A stretch of DNA of 24,464 nt from Candidatus Ratteibacteria bacterium (lineage in GTDB: Bacteria > Ratteibacteria > UBA8468 > B48-G9 > JAFGKM01): positions 1 through 24,464 of the forward strand of contig JBKBIN010000017.1 in the NCBI GenBank assembly GCA_046296715.1, given 5' to 3'. The notes beneath the pieces were generated by a model that saw nothing but the letters and a program-made list of their open reading frames with translations, ran no database searches and was not told where the DNA came from. Positions 8,152 through 17,071 of this stretch are shown in pieces; the stretch's first letter is position 1, and every line of letters begins with the position of its first letter. Both the position numbers and the translations under genes were made by a program.

Positions 8152-9456
8152 TTACATTAAAAACTTATTTTCTACAATAATATCCTTAAATTTTTTTAAA
8201 GAAAAATTTGTCCATTCGTTTATATATCTATTCCTAAAAATCGGGTCTTTCCAGTTTTCCCATAAATATCTCTGAATTCTTTTATCAAAAGGAAGTTCAT
8301 AAAATTTTTCTTTCAGATGTCTGTTTTTAGTTTTTGAAATAACATACCATGCTTTTTTTAGTTCGCTATGGCAATCAATTATCATACAACCAATCATATC
8401 ATCAATTAAATTCCATCTTTTTGCTGCAAGTTGGAAATCATATTTTATTGTGTTTTTAATTTTATAGGGATTTATATCTATTTCTAATTCGGGATTATCA
8501 TAGATTTCAGGCATAACAGGAAATCTATTAAGGGAATATTCTTTTGGTCCTCCTTTTTTTCCTCTTTTTTGAATCCACAATAACTGTCCATCATAGGTAA
8601 ATAGAAAATCAATAAATCTTTTTGCTATTTCAATATTTGGCGCTCCTTTTAAAATCCCAATACAATCAGGATTTATAACAGTTTCACCTTCGGGTAGAAT
8701 AAATCCCATATTTTCTTTTCCATTGACTTCAATTTGTGCGAGAGCATATGAATCAATACATAAAGATAGAACTGCTTCTCCAATTGATGTTTCCCTTGCC
8801 ACTTCAGAAGCACTTATTGAAAAATTTTTTGTGTTTCCAGCAATGGCAAAAATTGTTTTCCATCCTTCTTCCCAACCATATGTTTGTAAAATTATTTCGT
8901 ACATCATATGCATACTTCCACTATGTCTTGGATCCGCTGCTCCAATTAAAGAATAATAAAGTGGATTGCCTAAATCTTTCCATGTAGTTGCAATAGGCAA
9001 TTTTAAAAACTTTAAAGCCCTTTTATTATAGAGAATACCAAAACTTGAAAGTACTACTCCATACCAGTAAAATTCATCATCATAATTTGGTATTCCTGCA
9101 CAATATTTAGGCACCTTTTTTAATAAATTTTGGGGTAATTTATATTTCAAAAGTAAATTTTCAGATTTGAGTTTTAAATATGGACTTAATCCACCACCAA
9201 AAAATAAATCTATTCCAATTCCTTCTGGATTTTTTTTAAAAAGTGATTCAACATACTTTAAATTATCAGTAGTTCCTCCCTGATCAATCCATTCAACCTT
9301 AACTTTTTCTTTGTAATTTTTCTCATACCAATTAGAAAAAGCTCTTGTGATTTCAATTTTAATTCCTTCCCAGTGTGGTGAAATAATAATAAGATTTTTT
9401 TCTCCTTTTGCAAAGGAAAAAGTAATAAAGAAAATTAAAAGAATTAACTTTTCCAT
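8152..9456 (-). CDS. ABC transporter solute-binding protein (FbpA/AfuA-like cluster), secreted
   Basis: Sec signal (MEKLILLIFFITFSFA), ISPH, DQGGT, DLFFGGG, ADPRHSGS, INPDCIGILKGAPN...AKRFIDF; first gene of the ABC operon. Confidence 0.85.
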   Translation of the reverse strand: MEKLILLIFFITFSFAKGEKNLIIISPHWEGIKIEITRAFSNWYEKNYKEKVKVEWIDQGGTTDNLKYVESLFKKNPEGIGIDLFFGGGLSPYLKLKSENLLLKYKLPQNLLKKVPKYCAGIPNYDDEFYWYGVVLSSFGILYNKRALKFLKLPIATTWKDLGNPLYYSLIGAADPRHSGSMHMMYEIILQTYGWEEGWKTIFAIAGNTKNFSISASEVARETSIGEAVLSLCIDSYALAQIEVNGKENMGFILPEGETVINPDCIGILKGAPNIEIAKRFIDFLFTYDGQLLWIQKRGKKGGPKEYSLNRFPVMPEIYDNPELEIDINPYKIKNTIKYDFQLAAKRWNLIDDMIGCMIIDCHSELKKAWYVISKTKNRHLKEKFYELPFDKRIQRYLWENWKDPIFRNRYINEWTNFSLKKFKDIIVENKFLM

Positions 9457-9489
9457 CGTTTCCGTTTTCTTAAGATTTATGACAGAACT

Positions 9490-9518
9490 ATTTTAATATT
9501 TTTTAAAAAAATTTTCAA
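9490..9518 (-). promoter_or_regulatory. Candidate sigma70 promoter of the ABC operon
   Basis: Minus strand TTGAAA (9518-9513) - 17 bp - TAAAAT (9495-9490). Confidence 0.5.
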
Positions 9519-9540
9519 TTTTTTAATTTTAAGGTAAAAT
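9512..9540 (+). promoter_or_regulatory. Candidate promoter of atpF-atpA, near-leaderless
   Basis: TTTTCA (9512-9517) - 17 bp - TAAAAT (9535-9540), 10 nt before ATG 9551; no SD. Confidence 0.4.
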
Positions 9541-9550
9541 TTTTATTCAT

Positions 9551-9850
9551 ATGGAAAACAAAATAATTTTTATTGGAGACAAAACAACGATTGAATTTTT
9601 TTCTGCCTTCAATATTGAAACATTTTTTGCCAGTTCAGTTAAAGAGGCAGAGCAAATTCTTGAAAAGATTGACATAAATCAGATAATATGTATTTTTATT
9701 ACTGAAGAAGTTTTTGACCAAGATAAATTTATGAAACTTGTCAATTTAAAAAAAATGGTGGTTATACCAAGTTTAAAAAGTAGAGAAAAAAAGGGTATTA
9801 AATTAATTGATGAGTTAATTAAAAAAGCAACTGGAATGAAGGGAGAATGA
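9551..9850 (+). CDS. atpF: V/A-type ATP synthase subunit F
   Basis: 99 aa; [24 protein letters not shown] and ELIKKATG pattern of subunit F; directly upstream of subunit A. Confidence 0.82.
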   Translation: MENKIIFIGDKTTIEFFSAFNIETFFASSVKEAEQILEKIDINQIICIFITEEVFDQDKFMKLVNLKKMVVIPSLKSREKKGIKLIDELIKKATGMKGE

Positions 9851-9851
9851 T

Positions 9852-11585
9852 ATGGATATTGGAAAAATAATAAAAGTTTCTGGACCACTTGTTCAAGCAA
9901 AAGGAATGAAAACAAGTAGGATGTTTGATGTTGTAAGAGTTGGAGAAGAAAAACTTATCGGTGAAATTATACGACTTGAAGGTGACATTGCTTCTATCCA
10001 AGTTTATGAAGAGACAGAAGGACTTAAAGTTGGGGATCCTGTTTTTGGCACTGGCGAACCATTAAGAGTTGAACTTGGCCCAGGACTTCTTAAAAATATT
10101 TTTGATGGAATACAGAGACCTTTATCACAAATAGAAAAACATGGTGATTTTATAGTAAGAGGAATTGATATCCCATCTCTTGATAGAACTATCAAATGGG
10201 ATTTTAAACCAACTGTTAAAAAGGGAGATATTGTAGAAAGTGGAGATTTTATTGGAGAAGTTGAAGAAACGCCTTTGATTAAACATAAAATTATGGTTCC
10301 TTATGGTTTAAATGGAGAAATTATAGATATAAAAGAAGGTCTTTTTACTGTAGAAGAAGAAATTGGGAAAGTAAAAACAGATAAAGGAATATTTTCTTTA
10401 TACTTAATGCAGAAATGGCCAGTAAGAAATCCAAGAAAGTTTAAAAGAAGATTAAACCCAGATATTCCTCTTGTAACAGGACAGAGAGTTATTGATACTT
10501 TATTCCCAATTTTAAAAGGAGGAACTGCTTGTATTCCAGGGCCCTTTGGAAGTGGGAAAACAGTTGTTTTACATCAGATTGCTAAATGGGCGGATAGTGA
10601 AATAGTTGTTTATATTGGATGTGGAGAGAGAGGAAATGAGATGGCAGATGTTTTAATAGAATTTCCAAAATTGAAAGACCCAAAATCAGGAAGACCTTTA
10701 ATGGAAAGAACATGTTTAATTGCAAATACTTCAAATATGCCGGTTGCTGCAAGAGAAGCAAGTATTTATACAGGAGTTACAATAGGAGAATATTTTAGAG
10801 ATATGGGATATTCAGTAGCATTAATGGCTGATTCAACGAGTAGATGGGCTGAAGCATTGAGAGAAATATCAGGAAGAATGGAAGAGATGCCAGGAGAAGA
10901 GGGATATCCTGCATATCTTGGGACACGTGTTGCTTCATTTTATGAAAGGGCTGGTAAGGTTATTTGTTTGGGTAAAGATAATAGAATTGGTTCTCTTTCA
11001 CTTATTGGAGCAGTAAGTCCTCCAGGTGGTGATTTGACAGATCCTGTGGTTCAGATGACTTTGAGAGTTGTTAAGGTTTTCTGGGGACTTGATGACCGAC
11101 TTGCTTATCAGAGACATTTTCCTGCTATAAACTGGCTTACAAGTTATTCTCTATATGAAAGGAATATTGAAAAATTTGTGAAGGAAAATATTGCTCCTGA
11201 TTTTATGGAAATAAGAGAGACAGCAATATCTATTCTTGAAAAAGAAGCAGAATTACTTGAGATTGTTCGTCTTGTTGGTATGGAGACATTATCAACAATA
11301 GATAGATTAATTCTTGAAGTTGCTCGTTCAATAAGAGAGGACTTTCTACATCAGAGTGCTTTTGATGAAATGGATGCTTATACAACTTTAAAAAAACAAT
11401 ATTTAATGCTCAAATCAATAATTTTATTTTACCATCAATCTTTAAAAGGATTAGAGAAAGGGAAATCACTTGAAGAAATATTAAAAAACCCAGTGAGAGA
11501 AGAGATTGCACGAATGAGATATATATCAGAAGATAGAGTAGAAGAAATTTTAAAACTACATGAAAAAATATTAAATTCTATTTGA
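9852..11585 (+). CDS. atpA: V/A-type ATP synthase catalytic subunit A
   Basis: [14 protein letters not shown]-loop [49 protein letters not shown]. Confidence 0.97.
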   Translation: MDIGKIIKVSGPLVQAKGMKTSRMFDVVRVGEEKLIGEIIRLEGDIASIQVYEETEGLKVGDPVFGTGEPLRVELGPGLLKNIFDGIQRPLSQIEKHGDFIVRGIDIPSLDRTIKWDFKPTVKKGDIVESGDFIGEVEETPLIKHKIMVPYGLNGEIIDIKEGLFTVEEEIGKVKTDKGIFSLYLMQKWPVRNPRKFKRRLNPDIPLVTGQRVIDTLFPILKGGTACIPGPFGSGKTVVLHQIAKWADSEIVVYIGCGERGNEMADVLIEFPKLKDPKSGRPLMERTCLIANTSNMPVAAREASIYTGVTIGEYFRDMGYSVALMADSTSRWAEALREISGRMEEMPGEEGYPAYLGTRVASFYERAGKVICLGKDNRIGSLSLIGAVSPPGGDLTDPVVQMTLRVVKVFWGLDDRLAYQRHFPAINWLTSYSLYERNIEKFVKENIAPDFMEIRETAISILEKEAELLEIVRLVGMETLSTIDRLILEVARSIREDFLHQSAFDEMDAYTTLKKQYLMLKSIILFYHQSLKGLEKGKSLEEILKNPVREEIARMRYISEDRVEEILKLHEKILNSI

Positions 11586-11589
11586 AAAG

Positions 11590-12234
11590 TTATTTTGATA
11601 AAAGTTTAAAAATTTCATTTGCAATTAGAAAATGTCCTGTTGAATTTGGGTGAACTGGTTCTGGTGCAAAAACCTCTGGTTCAAAATATTCAAGGTATTT
11701 TTGGAAAGTTCTATGCATTTTTATATGATATGTTTCATATTTTTTACTCATTTCTTCTATAATTTCAATATATTCTTCAATTTCTTTTAAAACTTTTCCT
11801 CTAAAACTATCTGTCATATCTTTTGATATATAAAAAGGCTCAATAAGGATTATTTTACAATTAAATTTTTCTGTTGTTCTTTTAAGAATATAATCATATC
11901 TCTTTCTATAATTTTCAGGTGTAAATTCTGGCCACATTTCATCTTTTCTAAGAACTCTATGTATGTCGTTTATTCCAATTAAAATACTTAAAAAATCAGG
12001 TTTTTGGTAAATAACATCGTCTTCCCATCTATTAACAAGGTCAAGTATTGTATTTCCACTTATACCTTTATTAACTATTTCTATTTTTCTATCAGGGAAA
12101 TTGGCAATCAACATATCAGAAAAAAATTTCACATATCCGTTTCCAATTGGTCTAAATTGATCTCTTCTCCCACAATCTGTTATACTATCTCCTATAAATA
12201 GAATTTTTTGACCATCTTTTATTTTAAATTCCAT
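11590..12234 (-). CDS. SGNH/GDSL hydrolase (esterase)
   Basis: Blocks FIGDSITD, NKGISGN, IGIND and EPVHP; AAGGAG RBS. Confidence 0.92.
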   Translation of the reverse strand: MEFKIKDGQKILFIGDSITDCGRRDQFRPIGNGYVKFFSDMLIANFPDRKIEIVNKGISGNTILDLVNRWEDDVIYQKPDFLSILIGINDIHRVLRKDEMWPEFTPENYRKRYDYILKRTTEKFNCKIILIEPFYISKDMTDSFRGKVLKEIEEYIEIIEEMSKKYETYHIKMHRTFQKYLEYFEPEVFAPEPVHPNSTGHFLIANEIFKLLSK

Positions 12235-12257
12235 TTTTTCTCCTTTTTAAGATTTTA

Positions 12258-12289
12258 AATTTAACACTTTTTTTAAATCTGTCAAGTGT
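12258..12289 (-). promoter_or_regulatory. Internal sigma70 promoter for the SGNH gene with an overlapping inverted repeat
   Basis: Minus strand TTGACA (12285-12280) - 16 bp - TAAATT (12263-12258) with a TGn extension; ACACTT (12264-12269) / AAGTGT (12284-12289) inverted repeat. Confidence 0.55.
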
Positions 12290-12316
12290 ATTTAATTGCA
12301 ATGGATGAAAGTAAGA

Positions 12317-13501
12317 TTAAAAATCAGGATAATTAGAAGTGGAAGATTTAATAGCAATTCCTTCTATTTCAACAAGCCATTTAGGACGACATACACAAGC
12401 GGTTGCAAAAATAATAGGTGTATCTTTAAATCTTTCTCTCATTTTCTTTTCAACAAAGAAATAATCAACAGGGTCGCGAACATAAACTATAAAAATCATT
12501 ATATCGTTTAAAGTCGCACCTTCATTTTTTAATAGTGCCTCTATATTTAAAAGTGTTCTTTCAGTTTGTAAATTTATATCTTTTTCATACATAATTTCGC
12601 CTTTATTATTTATACTTGCTGTTCCTGAAATTATTAAATGTTTTCTATCTGAATAAGTTATAGAAACACCTCTTTCAAAAGTAACACCATATATATATGT
12701 CGGACTTAAAAAATCAGGTGCTGATAAAAATTTAATCTGCTCCTTTTTTATATTTGAGATTGAATATGCATCTAAAATAACTTTTGCTTTTAAATCATAA
12801 TAAGAACCTCCAACACCTGTGCTTGCAATATAATGTGTATCCTTTGTTAATCCATTCTTTTCATAAATTTCTTTTCTTGCAATTACAAAATCCTTATAAT
12901 CTGTATCAATATTTTGTAAGAAAAACCAAGTCCTTATAACATTTTCACTTAACTTCATCTTATTTTTGTTTAAAAATTTTATATAATTTTCAAGAATATT
13001 TTTTGTTTGTTCGTAAACAGAATTTGATTCCGTTGAATAATTTCCTGTTGTCCAGTTATGAATTAATTCTTTTCTGACGATGCTTACAGTATTTTCTTTT
13101 ATTTTTTTATCTAACTTTTTAAAAGGATCAACTATATGATAAGCCCACAAACTAACTTTCGCATAAGGTCCTGGTGGCTGGCATATATACGAAATTGAAG
13201 TTGGATTTAATAGGTTTTCAGAATTTGAAAATTCAATTTCTTTTAGATATTCTATTTGATTGTGTAAGTCACTACAAAAAAATCTTCTAAAGACAGAAGT
13301 AGTATCATCAATTTTAAGTAGCGTTAATGTTTCTTTGTATGCTTTATAAATCCAGTTAAGTTGAGTTTTAAAACTTTCATATTTTGTAGGCGTAAAACTA
13401 AAATGATACTCTTCAACTTCTTTAAAACCTTTAAAAAAAGATAAATTAATATCTACTGGAACATCTTCAATCTTAATTCTTTTTTTTTCAATTTTTTCCA
13501 T
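12317..13501 (-). CDS. Multi-domain Rid/YjgF-family protein, FkbO/Hyg5 chorismatase-like
   Basis: TFERG, IISGTASI, QTERTLLNIEALL, VYVRD and C-terminal VCRPKWLVEIEG; upstream RTWFF and IASTGVG domain; no signal peptide. Confidence 0.75.
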   Translation of the reverse strand: MEKIEKKRIKIEDVPVDINLSFFKGFKEVEEYHFSFTPTKYESFKTQLNWIYKAYKETLTLLKIDDTTSVFRRFFCSDLHNQIEYLKEIEFSNSENLLNPTSISYICQPPGPYAKVSLWAYHIVDPFKKLDKKIKENTVSIVRKELIHNWTTGNYSTESNSVYEQTKNILENYIKFLNKNKMKLSENVIRTWFFLQNIDTDYKDFVIARKEIYEKNGLTKDTHYIASTGVGGSYYDLKAKVILDAYSISNIKKEQIKFLSAPDFLSPTYIYGVTFERGVSITYSDRKHLIISGTASINNKGEIMYEKDINLQTERTLLNIEALLKNEGATLNDIMIFIVYVRDPVDYFFVEKKMRERFKDTPIIFATACVCRPKWLVEIEGIAIKSSTSNYPDF

Positions 13502-13513
13502 TTTCCTTTCCTT

Positions 13514-15769
13514 TTAAATAATTTCAAATGATATTGCAGGTAAAATCCCAATTGATGTTTTCTGTTTTTTTGTTCCAGAAGCATCAACTGACTCTTTGAA
13601 AACTTCAATTATAAGATTATCTGAAGTCCCCTTTTTTAATTTCTCATCTGCTTTTATTGTAAAAGAGAGCAAATCATTTTCTATTTTTAAATCCTCTATT
13701 AAAATACCATATGGTGGATCTTTTAATTCAAGAATAATATTTTCATCTGAAGAATAATTAAATATTTTCCCTTCAACTTTTGTTTTTCCTCCGATTGGTA
13801 TTTTAAGATTTTTTTCATTTAAAGAAATTATCGGGAATTTTGAAGTTCTTCCAATGCGAGGAATAAAAGCAAGTAATTGACTGGCTGGAACAAGATGAAA
13901 ATAAGCAAATGCCTGCATCATTTCATCAGCAGGTATTGCCTCTTTTTTTATTATTTTCCCTTCTATATTTGCAATTCCTTCAATTTTGATTGGGATCGGT
14001 TTGTTGATATAATTAAAGGTAGGTTCAGCGGTAATTGTCATACATATTTTATCTTTACCTTTTGGAATTTTATTTCCACTTAAAGTAAGTCCATCTGGTG
14101 CATCTTTTAGTTTAATCTCTATTTCTTCATCAAATCCATCTTTTTTTATAGCATAAACATAAAAAGGGATTATTCCAGAATTCGGGATATTCAAATAAGA
14201 AGGAGAGACAAAAATTTTAAAATCTGGATTTGCTTTTTCTACTCTTATTCTATAAACATAATTTTCGCCACCATTTAATTGTGTATCCAAAATTTTTAAG
14301 TAATATGTATCATCATTTGGGACATCAAATAAAAGATAGGAATCAGCATGATGTGTAATAAAGTCAAAACTCTTATCGTAATAGTCATCATTACTTGCAA
14401 GAACCTTTCCTTTTGAATCAATAAGAAAAATTTTGGAATCAAGTGGATAGTCAAGCCTTCTACTAAAAACTTCAATCGCGATTTTATCTCCTCTTTTGGC
14501 TTTAAATTTATATATGTCAACATCTCCTTTTTTTGAAATTACACCATTTATTATCTGAGGTAAAAGAATTAAATTTGCATTTTTTAAAGTGTCGTTAGGT
14601 TCTTTTTCAATAAATTCTGGAATTTCATTTACCATATAACATATCTGATTTGAATATTTACCGTCAAAATTTAAAAATTTTCTATGAATTCCAATTTCGT
14701 CCGTATTAAGTTCTATGGTTTTTTTTGGTAAATTCCATCCATATATATTTATAATCAATTCTTCATACCTTTCACCTCCTGCTGGAAATATATGAGTTAT
14801 AAAAGGTTTTTCACCTATAAATAATCTATAAACAAAATCTTCTCTTCCTCTATAAATAGCATCCCTTACTTCAATTATGTATTCACCATCTTCCTTTACT
14901 TCGTAAAAAATTACTGGGTCTGGATTATGAAAATAGTCATCAGTAAAAACAAGTTGGTTGCCTTTTGAATCATATAAAGTTAAAACACCTTGAAACCATC
15001 CAGGAACAGCATCTGCCATAAAGGGAATAATCTCTCTACCTTTTAATTCTATCACAAGTTTTTGCCCTTTTTTGGCATTAAAATAAAATTTATCAACATC
15101 GCCAGGGAAAATCTGTCCATTTATGATTATTGGTAAATCAAAAACTTCTTTTTGTGGATTAAATACCGAAAATTGAGGTATTTTTTCTTTTTCTTTCACT
15201 TCCTTTTCATCACTTACATAGAATTTTAAAAAGTTTGTTAATCCTGTGAAAGTTTGAAGTCTTAATTCATAAATCCCTGGTTCTGTATCAGGAGCAATTT
15301 CTATTTTTATTAGAACTTTTTCCTGAATTGACCTTTTAACTTGCAAGGGATTAAAAGGTAAAAGAAAAAGTTCTATTATATTTCTTATTTCATCAAATGT
15401 TTTTTCTTCAAGTTTTTGTAGTAAAGGGTGATTTGGAATTTTTACATTATCCTTTTCATAAATTAATTCTGGCTTTTTAGAGTTCTTTTTATACCAACTT
15501 GATACAATTTCTCTTATATTTCTTATCAAAAGTTGTTTTTGTTGTGGACTTAAATTTGGTAGAGGGTTAACACTTAAAACTTTTATTTTTTCAGTTGAAA
15601 AATATGCATTTTTCGCTCCTCTTATATTCTGTCCACCTACTATAATTTCAAGAGTTGTTCCTCTTTGACCACCTGCTGGGTAAACATATCCAATTGATGG
15701 TTGGTTTGAAGTTTGGGATAAAAGAATATTAATCAAAATTAAGAAAAATAAAGATGAAAATTTACTCAT
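13514..15769 (-). CDS. Secreted tandem PPC (pre-peptidase C-terminal) domain protein, planctomycete type
   Basis: Signal peptide; YVYPAGGQRGT; two repeats of NG.I...GDVD.(F/Y).F.AK.G....IE; EKEPND; YRGREDFVYRL and GGENYVYRIR. No recognisable protease catalytic domain. Confidence 0.78.
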   Translation of the reverse strand: MSKFSSLFFLILINILLSQTSNQPSIGYVYPAGGQRGTTLEIIVGGQNIRGAKNAYFSTEKIKVLSVNPLPNLSPQQKQLLIRNIREIVSSWYKKNSKKPELIYEKDNVKIPNHPLLQKLEEKTFDEIRNIIELFLLPFNPLQVKRSIQEKVLIKIEIAPDTEPGIYELRLQTFTGLTNFLKFYVSDEKEVKEKEKIPQFSVFNPQKEVFDLPIIINGQIFPGDVDKFYFNAKKGQKLVIELKGREIIPFMADAVPGWFQGVLTLYDSKGNQLVFTDDYFHNPDPVIFYEVKEDGEYIIEVRDAIYRGREDFVYRLFIGEKPFITHIFPAGGERYEELIINIYGWNLPKKTIELNTDEIGIHRKFLNFDGKYSNQICYMVNEIPEFIEKEPNDTLKNANLILLPQIINGVISKKGDVDIYKFKAKRGDKIAIEVFSRRLDYPLDSKIFLIDSKGKVLASNDDYYDKSFDFITHHADSYLLFDVPNDDTYYLKILDTQLNGGENYVYRIRVEKANPDFKIFVSPSYLNIPNSGIIPFYVYAIKKDGFDEEIEIKLKDAPDGLTLSGNKIPKGKDKICMTITAEPTFNYINKPIPIKIEGIANIEGKIIKKEAIPADEMMQAFAYFHLVPASQLLAFIPRIGRTSKFPIISLNEKNLKIPIGGKTKVEGKIFNYSSDENIILELKDPPYGILIEDLKIENDLLSFTIKADEKLKKGTSDNLIIEVFKESVDASGTKKQKTSIGILPAISFEII

Positions 15770-17060
15770 ACATTATCTCCTTTAAAAGTCCTTTTTTTTC
15801 TCCTGTCTCTATTGGTGGCAAGATTGTAACATCTTTTCCAAATTTCTCAGGGAATTTTGTTTTTGGGTCAATTCCTAAAAGATAATAGATGCTTCCAAGT
15901 AAATCTTTTGGATAAACTGGTCTATCAATTACATTTTCACCTTTCTCATCACTTGCTCCAACTACCTGTCCTCCTTTAAAACCACCTCCAGCAACAAGGA
16001 CAGAAAAACATTTACCATAATGATTTCTTCCGCCATTCCATGGTGGCTCCCATTGAATTTTTGGTGTTCTTCCAAATTCTCCTGAAACCCATATTATTGT
16101 AGTATCAAGAAGTCCTCTATCAGACAAATCTCTAATAAGAGAAGAAAGTCCCATATCAAGTTCAGGTAATTTCTGTTTCATTTGCTGGAAATGATTACTA
16201 TGTGTATCCCATCCTTTATAATTTATTGTTACATAAATAACTCCTTTTTCTATTAATCTTCTTGCAACAAGACATGATTGACCAAAAGTATTCCTGCCAT
16301 ACATATTTCTCACTTCTTCTGGTTCTTCTGTTAAATCAAAAACTTTTGATATTTCTCCACTTAATATTTCATAAGCTTTTTCTCTGCATAAATCAAAATA
16401 TTTAAATTCCTTAATCCATGGGATAAATTTACCAAGTAAATCAATTGAATATAAAAGATCTTTCCTTGCCTGTTTTCTTTCCTCAGTTACTCCTTCAAGA
16501 ACTATTCCTTCAACTGCAAATGGTGTTCTATTTGGGTCTCCACCTGTAACAAATGGCTTATATTTTTCACCAAGAAAGCCACATTCTGAAAATCTACCTT
16601 GCGAAGTTGTAAGAACTATATAAGGTGGAAGAATTCCTTTATATCCATAATCATATCCTTTGAAAAGGGAAACTACAGCACCAATAGATGGATAAACAAG
16701 ATTTTCTTCAGAAGAATGTCCAGTTTGCATAAGATATGCTGCAGTTTCATGTCCATTTATTCCATGTGTCATACTTCTTATAATTGAGTATTTATCCGCC
16801 ATTTTCGCAAGATTAACAAGATACTCATTTATTTCAATCCCAGGAACATTGGTAGGAATTGACTTAAAAGGACCTGTATAATCGTATCCTGCATTTGGTT
16901 TTGGGTCAAACGTATCAAGGTGTGAAGGCCCTCCCCATAGCCAGATTTGAATTACGCTTCTTGCTTTTGGTTTTATTTCTTGTTCAGTAAAAAGATTTTG
17001 ATAAAGTAGTAAAAATAGAATAAGGAAGAAATTTACAAATTTTAAGTTTTTTTTCATCAT
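15762..17060 (-). CDS. DUF1501 domain protein (alkaline phosphatase/sulfatase-like superfamily)
   Basis: ARSVIQIWLWGGPSHLDTFDPKP, YGRNTFGQSCLVARRLIE.GV, GWDTH, GEFGRTP, AGGGFKGG; GAGGAGG RBS. Confidence 0.92.
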   Translation of the reverse strand: MMKKNLKFVNFFLILFLLLYQNLFTEQEIKPKARSVIQIWLWGGPSHLDTFDPKPNAGYDYTGPFKSIPTNVPGIEINEYLVNLAKMADKYSIIRSMTHGINGHETAAYLMQTGHSSEENLVYPSIGAVVSLFKGYDYGYKGILPPYIVLTTSQGRFSECGFLGEKYKPFVTGGDPNRTPFAVEGIVLEGVTEERKQARKDLLYSIDLLGKFIPWIKEFKYFDLCREKAYEILSGEISKVFDLTEEPEEVRNMYGRNTFGQSCLVARRLIEKGVIYVTINYKGWDTHSNHFQQMKQKLPELDMGLSSLIRDLSDRGLLDTTIIWVSGEFGRTPKIQWEPPWNGGRNHYGKCFSVLVAGGGFKGGQVVGASDEKGENVIDRPVYPKDLLGSIYYLLGIDPKTKFPEKFGKDVTILPPIETGEKKGLLKEIMYE

Positions 17061-17071
17061 TTTACCCTCCT

